A DNA stretch of 63,685 bases, counting the filler, from Gonapodya sp. JEL0774 (Eukaryota), in NCBI GenBank assembly GCA_027604505.1. It is 24 parts of 24 records of this genome, joined end to end, with 100 filler letters (N's around TTAATTAATTAA, not from the genome) between each part and the next. Parts side by side here need not be neighbours in the genome. Positions count along the whole stretch, not along the records: positions 50,575 to 53,123 come from JADIIX010001853.1; positions 53,224 to 55,765 come from JADIIX010001854.1; positions 55,866 to 58,406 come from JADIIX010001855.1; positions 58,507 to 61,047 come from JADIIX010001856.1; positions 61,148 to 63,685 come from JADIIX010001857.1; 19 more parts are not named here. The stretch is one strand, 5' to 3'. Position 1 is the first letter of the stretch; every line of letters begins with the position of its first letter. Position numbers and translations under genes: made by a program. Below are positions 50,475-62,571 of this stretch, one piece after another. The notes beneath the pieces are model-generated. The model saw only the letters and a list, made by a program, of their open reading frames with translations. It was not told where the DNA came from and did not search any database.

Positions 50475-53223
50475 NNNNNNNNNNNNNNNNNNNNNNNNNN
50501 NNNNNNNNNNNNNNNNNNTTAATTAATTAANNNNNNNNNNNNNNNNNNNNNNNNNNNNNNNNNNNNNNNNNNNNTCGGTGAGACAGTTAACCGCGACACT
50601 GTACAACGTGAGCCTGGTGGCACTCAGCTTCAGATACACGTTTCCCCGCTCCACGTCACAGTAAACACGCCTCACGCCGTGATAGGTGAGACTTTGGGGT
50701 CAGAAGAAGCACGATTGCGAGCGAGTTTATTCTGAAATGTTGAAAGTGACGGTCTCATCAACGTTAAACCGACGATATCCACCATCCCGCCCAGTCCCTC
50801 CCTTTTCATCCGTCCTGCCGATTCGAGAGGAGATTTCCAACCAGAAACCACTGCTCTACCACTTGAATCGGCTTTTTATCGATCCTACAAAAACGGCTGT
50901 TTGACGAGGTGCTTTCGAAAGCGGTAAGCATCATTGCTCTTTGACCTGCGAGGAAGTCCAAACCCACAATCCTGAGTCGGTTGCACCTGACACAGATACA
51001 TTCGAAGGTCTGCCCAGAAACCAAGCGACTGCTCAGTCTGAATCAATTTATTTCCCCTCTGTCTGCGCGCTCTGCGGAACAGAGTTAGCTTGAAAGCCCC
51101 GTTTACAGTCTTGATGTCAACTATGTCGGAGATCTGGCAACCCACAACGGCATCGTATTGTGTTCTCCGACGTAACATTGGCTACATCAAAATATCTGCA
51201 ACGCCAACTACAGATTTAGTGAATCCAACGGCGAGCGTGCAAAACACGACAACACCTATTGCACGAACAGCTGCACACGCAAGGTGCAACACACAACACT
51301 CATCAACCCCACCAACGCCTCTTCGTCGAGCACCACGAGAACGTCTAAGCAAAAGTACAGTCGATCGGTTGGCGATAGTGTGAGTTCAACGGAATACGAT
51401 TATATTGACATGTCGCGGTCCTGTCTCCAATCACAAACCCTCCTCTTGTTTTGCTCCACAAAAACTCAGACTCTTCAACGCTATCCCCCCACATACTGCC
51501 CTTTCAAACCACCCGGCGATTGAACAACGGCAACCATTCGTTTCGTCCCAATCGGAGCAGCTGGAGAAGGAGCTTGACAACGTTCGCACCTCCGTCCATC
51601 ACTACATCAAACATTCACGCATTTGAATATACACAGAGGATGTCGCATACCGTTTTCACTCACTGTACGTATTACATTGTATGAAATACTTACTATATTG
51701 GATTTGAGAGAACGAGTGCGTTGCGCAAAGAACGCTGTCTACGTAAATCCACAATTAGCAAACACCTGTCTCTTAAGGTAATTGTTCTTCGTGAGTACTG
51801 CTTCTCATGCGAATTAATCCCTGTTTGTGCTCCTTCATTGAACAGACCCAAGTTTATAGAGTTTTCGGTAGTATAGACAACGTCATCAATACTTTTGAGT
51901 TCCATGTAAGGTTAGTCAACTGGTTGAGCAATCGATCATGTTGCCCTTGCGGTACCAAAGCAACACCGTGGTATCTGATCCCATTTCACAAAGTTGATTC
52001 GAACCCCCCGTCCAACGCTCGAGAGACGCTTTTATCGCAACTTCGCAATGGTATGTCGTTGTCGCACTGACTCACTGGAAGAAGGCTTGTTCTGAATGCC
52101 CCCTGACATTTTTTCATTCAGACTTCTCAATCCCCAACCAATCCGCAGTCTAATGACTGGTCGATCGCTGGACAACCGGAATTCATTCTGGGTAGAAACT
52201 CTGGTCATGTTTTCTTTGTGGAGTCGGGGTTTCAAAGTGAGCTGCTTGAATAGGGTTTGCGGTCAATATGAAGGGGCTCTGTGCGATCGAGTGCGGCAGG
52301 CATTGTTCCCAGCGAGAGAGAGGTGCTGGAAACAGGATTTCACACTGAAACTGACGCAATACGTTTTCTGGCCTCCCCAGGTGATCACGGTCTGCCCACT
52401 CCTCTCCAAGAAGACGCCGGTGATTCATATATTACCACCGCCGAGCTTCCAAGGGAGCCACCGACCGTCAAATGCAGTCGCTTAAACCTCATTCGGCCGT
52501 GCGAAAAGCTACAACAAAATTGTGACGAAAGCCGGGCGGACTTTTCCGCTCAAATGGCACCGGAGAGGATCTCGTCTCGGGACGTCTCGTCGCTCACACC
52601 CTCCGACGAAACGGTCCCCGACGTATTCTATCAATTCACTTCGGCAGCTCATACTTATTGCACTGCGCTTCATCTTAATGATGAATTGCTTGTTACCCCT
52701 TTGGTGTCGCCGCTCAACCACAAACTCCTACTCACTCCAGGAGCTCCACGTCGAAGGCGAAGTCAAGCATTTTCGGCTCACCAATCTGTGGGTTTGGACA
52801 AATTATCAAAAAGGTGTGTACTGTTCTGTCCGTTGGATTTGACTCCCGCCTGAATTCATTGGAGTTCTGGTACTATTCTCTATCAGATTGTTCACGTCCC
52901 AACACGCGCCACTCTCAGAACACCCGCCAATCGTTATATCTACTGGGCAAACCTCTCCCGATGGATTTCATTTCACTCGCTGAACCCCGATATTGTTCTG
53001 CTGTCGTATTGGCCAACCCCACCTTGTACATATTACTAGCACTGGAGCCTACAGTATACCTACTAGCACCACCGCACCATTACCATTTATTCCACGCGGC
53101 ACATTGCTCTGTTTTTTGCTCTCNNNNNNNNNNNNNNNNNNNNNNNNNNNNNNNNNNNNNNNNNNNNTTAATTAATTAANNNNNNNNNNNNNNNNNNNNN
53201 NNNNNNNNNNNNNNNNNNNNNNN

Positions 53224-53926
53224 TAAAGGTCAACACCTCAATCGCGGCAATGACATGTCGGAATTGCCTCTATCAGGCAGTTCAGACGTAGTTCTTTCAC
53301 ACAACTCACGATACAAAAACACTCGAATATCCAACTCGAATGGCAAGGCCCACCAGTCGCTCATCAGGTAGTAATCCATGCTAATGTGGAACATGGATAA
53401 GTTCATGGGAATTCGAATGCCCACATTAGAGCAGAACTCAGCGCACAATGCGGATCTTGCAATGTCCGTTGTTATATCCCCATCAGCCCTCTCCGTTTTC
53501 CACTGGTCCAGAAATGGGGTGATTGGTGCTATGACTTTCTGTTTGATAAACATGCCAGTCCATGTATCGCCCATCACGAAGAGATCCTCACAATGTGTGC
53601 GTTATGTTCTTAGTATAGCATGGAGCAAATGGAGAGTCACTTTCTCAACTCACTGCCTGTACTCCCGCGTCATCACCGTTTCGGATTTTGTCCAGAATTT
53701 CCCACCAGCTCACATACCGGATCTCTATTCCCCACACCCCGTCGAACGTCTCATTAAACTCCTTTGCTGCAGTCTGCCATGACGATGAATCGTCTGCTGG
53801 ATCAAATTCAACATAAGGCTGGAAGAGGACGAGAGTTTGCAGAGCGGAAGCTTGCGATAGATGGCCAAGGCATGAGATCAGAGCATAGGCGAGGAGTCTC
53901 GTACGATACGAGTCTGAGAGGTTCAT
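53224..53926 (-). CDS. Secreted or membrane protein with an extracellular solute-binding (SBP family 1-like) domain, 3'-truncated
   Basis: Signal-peptide-like N-terminus, then AKEFNETF..GIEIRYVSWWEILDKI, DLFVMGDTWTGMF...IAPITPFL and WWALPFELDIRVFLYR, a pattern typical of sugar-binding SBPs. One intron at ~53590-53652. Confidence 0.65.
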
Positions 53927-54132
53927 AGTCAATCCGGCCGGTAATGGTGACAGTGAGGTTCAACTCGGAATGACTCCTGATCTCCTATCCGTTTGACCTG
54001 GGGCCTTCACCACGTCCTGAACTTCAATTGCTACCATTCCCTTCCCTTCGCTTCTGTGTGATACATAAGGTAAGGATAATGGAATTATGATGACTACACG
54101 CGAACAAACGTAGAACAAAGGATAGTAGTTGG

Positions 54133-55765
54133 TTATGTTGCCACTCTTTCCGCCACATAGGCACCCAAAATGCCTCCGGATGGCATTTGTGTTGAAGATA
54201 CTCCTGCATTGTTTGCAGTCGCCAGTAAGCTGTGATTGGACGGCGGAGGTTCGTAGTTGACACCTGCAGCACGCCCCCCTGCACTCCCAAATCCGGGTCC
54301 CGAGGCAGCACCATCACCTCCCAATCTCGTTCGTACAACCACTCTGGGTATTGCAGCTGGCAGATTTGACTTGAACTGATCCTCCTTCTCCTTGCCCTTA
54401 ATCGTAGGCCCGGAGTCCAACTTGGATGCCTTTGAAACAGATGACGGTCTAGGTCTTGGTTCGGTTGGCCATTTTGGAGTGTCAGCTTCAGCAAATTTGA
54501 AGAAATCCGATAAATGGTCTTTGGGAATGTGCCAAGATGACTAGCCAGGGACAAAATGTAGACATGGTCGGGAGCAACACGGGCAACATTCAAGGTTCAA
54601 GGATCTCGAGTTCCCAGATATCACACTTACATGACCGGTTCCACCAAGAGTTTCTGTTACGTTGATTTTGAAGGTAGTCCAGGTATCTGGGAATCTAGAT
54701 TTAAGGTATTCGGCAGGAAGAAAGCCTCTTCCCTTCCGCCGACCACTAGTATCGAATGGAGAGTTCCCAAGCGCGTATAAAAATATGATCAGGAAGTCAG
54801 GCGCCAACAGCTTTCAGACAAGAACTTACACGGCCCCTTTCCCGACCGCCAGTACGTATCTATCCCACGCAAGTTGGTAGTAATCTTCGGCAGCACGGGC
54901 CCACGGCAGGAGCTCGGAAGGAGGATACGGACATTCTGAGCTGATGTGGCAGTGGTAAGGACGGACCGCTGCGATTCCAGCTTTGCTCAAGGATCACCGT
55001 GTGCGACTCACACGGAATGGGGCGGTTTAGGGGCAACACGAGGAGGCCGTCTCCCCGGAGGGAGTTCCGTGGGTACCTAAAGGTGACGTAGGCCAGTGCA
55101 AGTCACACAAACCGTGCAAAAAAAATCGCAATGCCAGCAAACTTACGTGTCCACTCCTCAGCTTCTTGCCAGTTCCACTCAGAAACTCTGATTCAGGATC
55201 CATATCGGCCCTCCGCTTCTGTCCCTGCCGTTCTCCCAGTCCGAGCCCCACGGCATGCGGCCATAAACCAGCCAAGTACTCGTCTACGCTATTAAACCCC
55301 GCAGGTAAACGCTTTGCGACATCCCTCCGCCAACGTTCCCTCTCCTTCTCGAACTCGTGTCGCCTCCTGGCGAGAGATACCTTATATGCTTCAATGTCTA
55401 GCTCCGCCAGCCGCACGTCCTGTCGTCTTGATTCAAGGGCAAGGCGTTCCCTGTCCAGAGCCAGTTGCTCCCGCTCAAGGAATTGTTGCGCTCGATGGAT
55501 CGTGAGGGTCACGCTCTCCAGGTGAACACGCTTCTCTCGAAGAAGCAATGCGAGTGCATTGTCGACTTCCGATTCTTCCCCGTCTGAGGCGTCGATGGCC
55601 ATCAGTGAACTCGGAAATCTGTCTGCAAGAGCCACAAGAACAAGGAATCCTGGCATTAAGAAGTGGCTTTGCGCCAAGTTCAGATGTCCGATTTTGATCA
55701 TCATATCTTTCCTCTAATCCCTCGCTCACTCCTTGCCGCTGTCTTACTCCAATACATCACTTCGG
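54133..55765 (-). CDS. Hypothetical spliced gene(s) with a coiled-coil segment
   Basis: ORFs 55027-55704, 54541-54807 and 54133-54420 lie on the same strand. No family recognised. Confidence 0.4.
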
Positions 55766-55865
55766 NNNNNNNNNNNNNNNNNNNNNNNNNNNNNNNNNNN
55801 NNNNNNNNNTTAATTAATTAANNNNNNNNNNNNNNNNNNNNNNNNNNNNNNNNNNNNNNNNNNNN

Positions 55866-58406
55866 TCGGCTTCCCCTGTAGGGGGGGGAAGCCCGGGAAG
55901 CCGGAATTTAGTGTTAAATTCCAACATCCGCTATATAGGGTATCATGCATGTCGACAAATTCTGCGTGACTAACCCTAACCCTAAATCAACTCTCAAACG
56001 GTTTCTTTTTGGTGGTTGAATTGTTCAAATTTCTTATGTTTAAACTTGGTGCTTTACTTGTTAAACCTTATAATGGTTCACCTGACCATTTTAATTGATT
56101 AACTTAATAACAGTTCAACTTGGTGTGTGTGTTGTTTAACTTAACAATTGTTCAACTTGGTGGGCTACTTGTTTAACTTCATAACGGTTCAACCTGGCTT
56201 CTTAATTGTTTACTTTAATGATTGTGGGACAGGTACAATTCACATAAAAGTGGTAGTGTTGCCTTCAATTTCTGCCCTTGAGCCATTCTGACCTCTGATG
56301 AACCATGATATCTTAGGCCTTGAGTTTCTGCATGTGCAATGGCCCATCCTTTCCTAAGCCCTTTGCACAGCGCATGAGAAATTGGTGCAGTGAAGCCATC
56401 TATTTGTGTAACCTTTGATATCTTGCTCAAGCCTAACCTTATATTTGGGCTCACCCTCTAGTTCCTCTTAGAATTTGCTACATTGTCTGGTTTAGCACCA
56501 GAGTTCTTCTCTGTGTTCCCTATGACAATTTGGTTAGCTTTGAGGGACTGTCTGTATGTGAAATCAATCAGTTGTCATAGTAAAGCTTGGGACTATCTTT
56601 GTTGAATTTCCCTTAAGAGGAGCTTTTGAAATGTAATCAGCTGTGAAATTTCAAGCCCTGGTTACATCCCCAGCCATTGATAGCATGTTCTCTTGAAAAC
56701 TTCTGGTTCTTTCACATCTTGACATATCTTTATTAAATTGAGCCAATGATTATAATGAGTTACAGTGATGCACAATGGGATTATTATCATTCCAATACCC
56801 TTCCTAAAGCAAGTAAATGTGAGTTGTGAAAGACCATACATGATCAACAGTTAAGGGATCTGTGATGGAGGTGCTCTTCAATTCTATCACCTTTGTGACT
56901 AATTTACAGGTTTGGAGATCTATTGATATCAGACATTATACTGGCCTTTTACTATTTTTGGGAGAATGAATGTTGACTCTGCAAATGCCAATAACTCTCA
57001 AGTTTTATTAGAGATTGCACAGGCTCTTTAAAACAACAGGATGGTTGTCTGATGAGTATAATCCTTCTTTGAAACTTCAGAAGCTGTTTTGTGTTCCTCT
57101 TCAAAACATTCCTGCATATCTGAGTTAAATCTACATTATCCTCTGCGGATTTCTTCACGTCCAGAGATGAAACTGAACTTGGGGAAGAATTTGTAGAGGC
57201 CCAGGTTTCAGGGTGACCAATGTCATTTTGTTCATTTTTAGGCCTGTCAATGACTTACTTGCTGTATTATACCTTCTTCTTTCCATGAATAACTACATTG
57301 GAACAAGAACTGATTATTTCCTGGTTATGCCATTTCAAACAAGTTTTTGCCAAAGACATCAAAAAAAGACACCTTTGACTTCAATTGCAATTCCCCTAAC
57401 AAACCAACTGTAAGGTTCAACTTTAGTGAGGTGGTGCAGTCCCCACATTTTTCTGGAAGATGGATGTGAGATATTGTGTGTTCTATGTATTCTCCCAGTT
57501 CCTCTAGACAATCCAAGTATTCAAAACAATTAGGTGAGATCTTCCTGGAATATTCTCTGAAGATCTCCTTATATGATAACTTGTCGTTCAGATTTGACAT
57601 AGAATGCCTGGTACAAATACACTAACTCTCATTTCCCAATAATGTGTTACTAGGTTTCACCTCCAGTGATGATGACAACTGACCCAAGCTGTCTGGTCAA
57701 TGTTGCAGTGGTACAAAGTCTGTAAGATATTAGTCTATGGTTATATTTCTTCCTCTGAATATCCAATCTATTTGTGTCCTAATTGTTTGTGTGTCTTCCA
57801 TTGGATTCCCATACAATTTAAGAGGCAGGGCCATTCCAATGGCAAATCCAATATCAATAGAAGCTAGAGAGTCTGTTGAAGGTATGTTTTTCTCTGTAGC
57901 ATGACTGCATAAGCATGGTTTCCTCACATTTTGACTGGGGTCTGAAGTCATTCCGTTGTTCCACTGCCTGCACTCAGTCTTGCACCAGATTTGGATATTG
58001 TGATTCCAGACACACCCACCCCCAGGCATTTTGCACAATCAGAGCACATGGGATGCAGCAGAATCAGTGGGGTGGAGGGATGAGCAAGAGAACCCCTGAA
58101 ATTCAGTCTGAACATTTTTTGAAGACGATTCGAAGACCTTTGTATCCCAGAGGGGAACTCAAGATGAAGTCTGCCAAGGCAAGAGATTGCTGGACTATTA
58201 AAAACAAGAACAAAAAAATTGTTTGTGTAGTTGCTGTGTTAGGTTATGCTGAAAGAAATCAAAGAGGTTATATTCCTTTTACTACTGTCAGTCAATTAAC
58301 AAGAGATACATCCTATATTGGTCACTCAAAATTTTATTCCTCATCAGCAACTTTTCAGCTTTAGTCAAAATAATGTCTCTCTGTGATCTTTGTTTATTCA
58401 GGGTAC
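55866..58406 (-). mobile_element. Degenerate, CpG-depleted element with a structured terminus (Helitron/Helentron-like?), family unresolved
   Basis: Terminal hairpins (GGCTTCCC..GGGAAGCC and GGAATTTA-GTGT-TAAATTCC), CTAACCCTAACCCTAA, a 37-bp array, and a long minus-strand frame broken mostly by TGA/TAG/TAA stops. Confidence 0.55.
56021..56222. repeat. Degenerate 37-bp tandem array, about 5.5 units
   Basis: TTG(T/A)T(T/C/A)AA.. unit starts at 56021, 56058, 56095, 56132, 56169 and 56206. Core GTTCAACTTGG. Confidence 0.85.
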
Positions 58407-58949
58407 NNNNNNNNNNNNNNNNNNNNNNNNNNNNNNNNNNNNNNNNNNNNTTAATTAATTAANNNNNNNNNNNNNNNNNNNNNNNNNNNNNNNNNNNNNN
58501 NNNNNNGTTTACGAACATCATCAAAAGAGAACGATGGGGAGAACTACCATGGGAACCTCCTGTGGATGCGTGAGTAGTAGAGAAGTGCTTGAGTACGAGT
58601 GTTAGAACATCAGGCAGTAATGCGAATCTATGGAACTCTGCAGGAAAAAACAAACGCTCATATTGTGGGCGTACACTCATGAGGATGATGTTCTGGACGC
58701 TCACTTGAAAGCTCTCACTGCGAAAAAGGTTGACGGTGAGTTTCCTTTGTCATCAGACATGGTTTTATCGAATGCCTCCTAACACTGAAAGTATCAGGTC
58801 ACGTTGCTGTGCTGTTAGCAGCACCCACAACACGATATCGTGAAAGCACAATGGACCTTCTCGCCCAACAATATCCACCAGAGATACTCTCCAGAATAAA
58901 GTTCACTCGTGAACTGAAGGGGAATGATGGACTAATTGACTGTTCGAGG

Positions 58950-60555
58950 GCAAAAGCTGTACTTGGATGGACCGCGCGAGCATGGTAAATACATTAGTAA
59001 TTTATATGACAGGACAAAATTGCACTTTGAAGAAGCGTTCCGCAAAACAGATGATGCCACAGCTGAAAGCTGTGTCAAGTCAAGTGACCCAACAAATCAG
59101 TTTCTTCTTCCCCTGGAACATTTGGTAAAATCGCATCAACTCCATGCTCTCCTCCACCGAATTCTGGAAGATAGAAGCAGCTTCTCCATCCCTCCCTCTA
59201 TTTAACAAGAACCTGGGGTTCGTTACGAGCGTGGAAGACGGAAGAAAGATCATCGAAAGATTTGGGAGGAACTGGGCGAAAAGTTTTCCCCCCACGAGCG
59301 AGGAGGATCAAGCGGATGAAAAAACTGGATCCGATGCAGTCAGTGGAGGACCGGTGGTTGATGAGAACGAGGACGAACACCTCCGCATATTTCGTCGCGA
59401 TGCAGAGAGAACTTTCAAAGCGAAGGTCAACCAAGACCAGCAAATCTCTGTCCTCTCACACTATGTTAAAACATATGGTGATTACCACCAAGGTCTTTCC
59501 TTTGTCGTGTCCGCTATCATGTTGGCAGCCGATGGTTCAGCCACCGAGTCAAGGGATGAAGCTGCAACGCTTAACACACGAAAGCAGCTTGCATTGGTGA
59601 GGCGCATTATCACCGAGCTAGCTGAGAACACCGAAAAGTACGCCATGAAGGAAGCATGGAAGTCCGAGGCAGTGATATCTGCAGTTGACGGTGAGGGACT
59701 CTAAAATGTGCTGCCTACCTCACTTCGATCCCAAGAGCGTTTCAACTTCTCATTTCAAGGCTACGTGCTTACTGAGATTTTGAAGAAGTATCGACCCCAA
59801 CTCTCGGCTCAGTTGGAACGTGTAAGTGGGATGAATTCCGATAAGCATCGTGATCACCGATAATTACTTCCATTACTCCGTCTTAGAACGGGATTCTGCC
59901 AGAAATCTGGTTCCAGCGTATTCGCTGTGGCCTCTGCGTGCACGTACTTCCACTGTCTTCCCTTTACCCATTCCTCGACAACTTCCTAATTTTTGGACAA
60001 CCTTTCCTTCGCAAATTCACCCTCGCTCTCCTCGCTCTCCTGGAACCCCGCATTGCGAAAGCCGGAAACAACACGAGTAAGATTCTCGAAATCATTCACC
60101 TCGACCTCGAAGCAATGGGGCTAAGCAAGATGGAGCTCGGAGAGGCAGTTAGCGCTAAGGTTAAGATCACAGAGTTCGAGGAGTTCTGCCAATCCGTAGT
60201 GACTGCAGCTGCAGCAAGCTGCCGCAAGAATGCAGGAACGGCAACTGAAGCGGCACCTGCAGCCATAGCCCATAGCGAGAACGTGGCGACAGAGTTCATC
60301 CCCTCCCCCGAAGCTGAAGATCCGCTCGCTGTTCTCTTGTCAGCTGCAGATGCTCTGGACTGGGCTGCTGAGTCTGCGCGACAGTACGACTTGCGTCTGC
60401 GCGCACGCATGGAAAGGGCTAAAGCCGCGGCCGCTACAAAGGACGAGCTGGAAGACGATGTCGATGACGATGACGAAGACGAATTGAGCGACGATTCCGA
60501 GACGGAGGAGGAGCGTTTGGCGAGGCTGATGGGGGGTGTTGCGATCAAGGAGTAA
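58950..60555 (+). CDS. TBC-domain Rab GTPase-activating protein
   Basis: IFRRDAERTF (IxxDxxR), GDYHQGLSFV (YxQG) and GLCVHVLPLSSLYPFLDNFL. Acidic tail ends at TAA 60555. The 5' exons are uncertain. Confidence 0.85.
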
Positions 60556-61147
60556 ATGAACAGCATTTGACATTGGGTTGTGTGAATGTAATTGCTAGCT
60601 ATCAAGATCACTGTTTCGGTAGTGCACCTCAGCTCCGACTTTCGGTGTTGTAAGGAGCAAATGAATAGACCATAAAGTGATATTGTAACCACAGGATTCT
60701 TATTATTGTAGAAGTTTTGGTACCCTTCACATATTGTGAAATAACTTTCTTAACAGATTCACTAGCGCTGGCACCACAAACAATTTGCTTGAAGTGATTG
60801 CCCAAGCCATAAAAGGAAAATACCAATAATCAATCCTCGATCAGACCGTTGATCAGAGGAACACTGTTATTCGGAGGGGGAGAAGCTGAGCTTAAGGTGG
60901 ATCCGACCACCTTCCACGCGGTCACCGTTCTCCAACTCAAGTGTGAGCTCTCTGTGTGATTCGCGATCGAGCTTTTCAAGTGGAATACGAGCGATCCCTA
61001 GAAGTCGATCTTTCAAGATATTCTTGTCTTTCACCTATTTATTCGGGNNNNNNNNNNNNNNNNNNNNNNNNNNNNNNNNNNNNNNNNNNNNTTAATTAAT
61101 TAANNNNNNNNNNNNNNNNNNNNNNNNNNNNNNNNNNNNNNNNNNNN

Positions 61148-61982
61148 AGTCACTGCGCTCGGGTGTGTAGGCCAAATGAGCACCACACAACCGGGGATCA
61201 AGAAACCAAACCGTCGCAGGGTTTGCTTTATTTGAGGTGGACAAGCATTCGGCAGTTGCACAGTCGTCATCTTCCAGCACAGGATCGGCACTAGAATCTA
61301 TGTAATCAAAGTCATTTGTGCATGGAGTGTACCATGAGGTATTGATTTCCGTGGAATTGGTGCCCCTTCCGTGAGATGACTCCGAACTGTGTCGTGAGGT
61401 CCCCACCGGAGTGTCAGGGCAATATTTGACCGCTGGCTCATGACTAAGGAGATGCGCTGATTGGGCAGTGTCGACACTAAAGTAGGGAACGAGAATGGGT
61501 GGAGCCATCGGTGTTGGGAGACTATGAGGACCGTTTGTGCTCGCGCACAGTATGTATGATGGTGTGAGAGGTGGGACTACTTGAGGATCGTTGACCCAGC
61601 CAGACCACACCGCTGATTCTCCAAAGTCGTCCCCGTCAGCGTGAGTGGGTTGGGGGTTGGCATGTTCAGTTCCACGATCAGATATACTTTGTAGCTCAGA
61701 ATCACTGGTTACCACGCCGTCAGGTCTGAGGCTCGGATGAAGCCCCGCCATTAACTTCTCCGTGTCCCACTCCTCCGCAAAATCGATGATTTCAAGTGGA
61801 GGATACATCGGTGATTGATCGAAGGTGATATTCGGATGCTGACAGGCGTCCGGAGAGACGTCAGCGAGGACGGCGGACAAATGGAGACACTGGGACAGCG
61901 AGACTTTCAGAGACATGTGAATGGCTCGTTGATGGAGTGAACTAGTACGGGCAGTGGGGGTCGCTGGCATGGGTGACGGCAC
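61148..61982 (-). CDS. Hypothetical low-complexity protein, partial
   Basis: Open frame of about 278 codons running into the linker. No domain recognised. Confidence 0.4.
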
Positions 61983-62571
61983 CGCTCAAGAATGCTTAAT
62001 ATCGTGCATCGACGCACCTTGGAGTGTACAATATCCCAGTCAAACTGCGCAATGCTCGACAGTAGATATATTTTCCAGTTGAAGTCTGCGCACACCGCCG
62101 GAGGGGGATGAGATGAGCGAAGCGCTCGACTCGTCCGTGCGCAGATCGCTAACTTGGTCGAATTCGCTCGCGGAATAGAACCGAGTTTTGATTCTGCATG
62201 CTAGTGACATTGGAATGCACGACAGCCAGGGCCGATTACGAGTTCACGATGGAGACTTTTTTGTGGAGCTGGTTGCAGCGCACTTGCTTGTCAACATGAA
62301 ATACAAGCAGCCAGAACTTATGTATAGCAACAAAATCTTCGAAACAACACGAAAATAACGGACTAAAGCCTCATATGTATACAGCTCCTAACTGGCGAGA
62401 TAATCCACGCAAGTCCATGTGTGGTGAGGTGCCCTCACAAACCGCTCAAACCCCAAAACATCCTCTGGGAAACGAACAAAAGAGTTACCCTCCCCTCCCT
62501 CCCCGACTCAATTCCGAAGAGTTCTCTGTGAAAACATACGTGCGTGACTCCAAACCGCGACTCGCTCCCGT

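Noticed and set aside
50575..53123. Contig with many short ORFs
   Set aside because: I could not build a consistent gene model or recognise any motif or repeat structure, so it is left unannotated.
55970..55985. True telomere
   Set aside because: Only about 2.5 TAACCC units, located internally about 100 bp from the contig end.
56021..56222. 37-bp array as a CRISPR array
   Set aside because: The units are contiguous degenerate tandem copies with no unique spacers, there are no cas genes, and the context is eukaryotic.
2572..61147. Regularly spaced TTAATTAATTAA motifs resembling a repeat array
   Set aside because: They are embedded in N-runs at contig joins and are an artificial six-frame stop linker. 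ORFs ending in X..LIN are artefacts.
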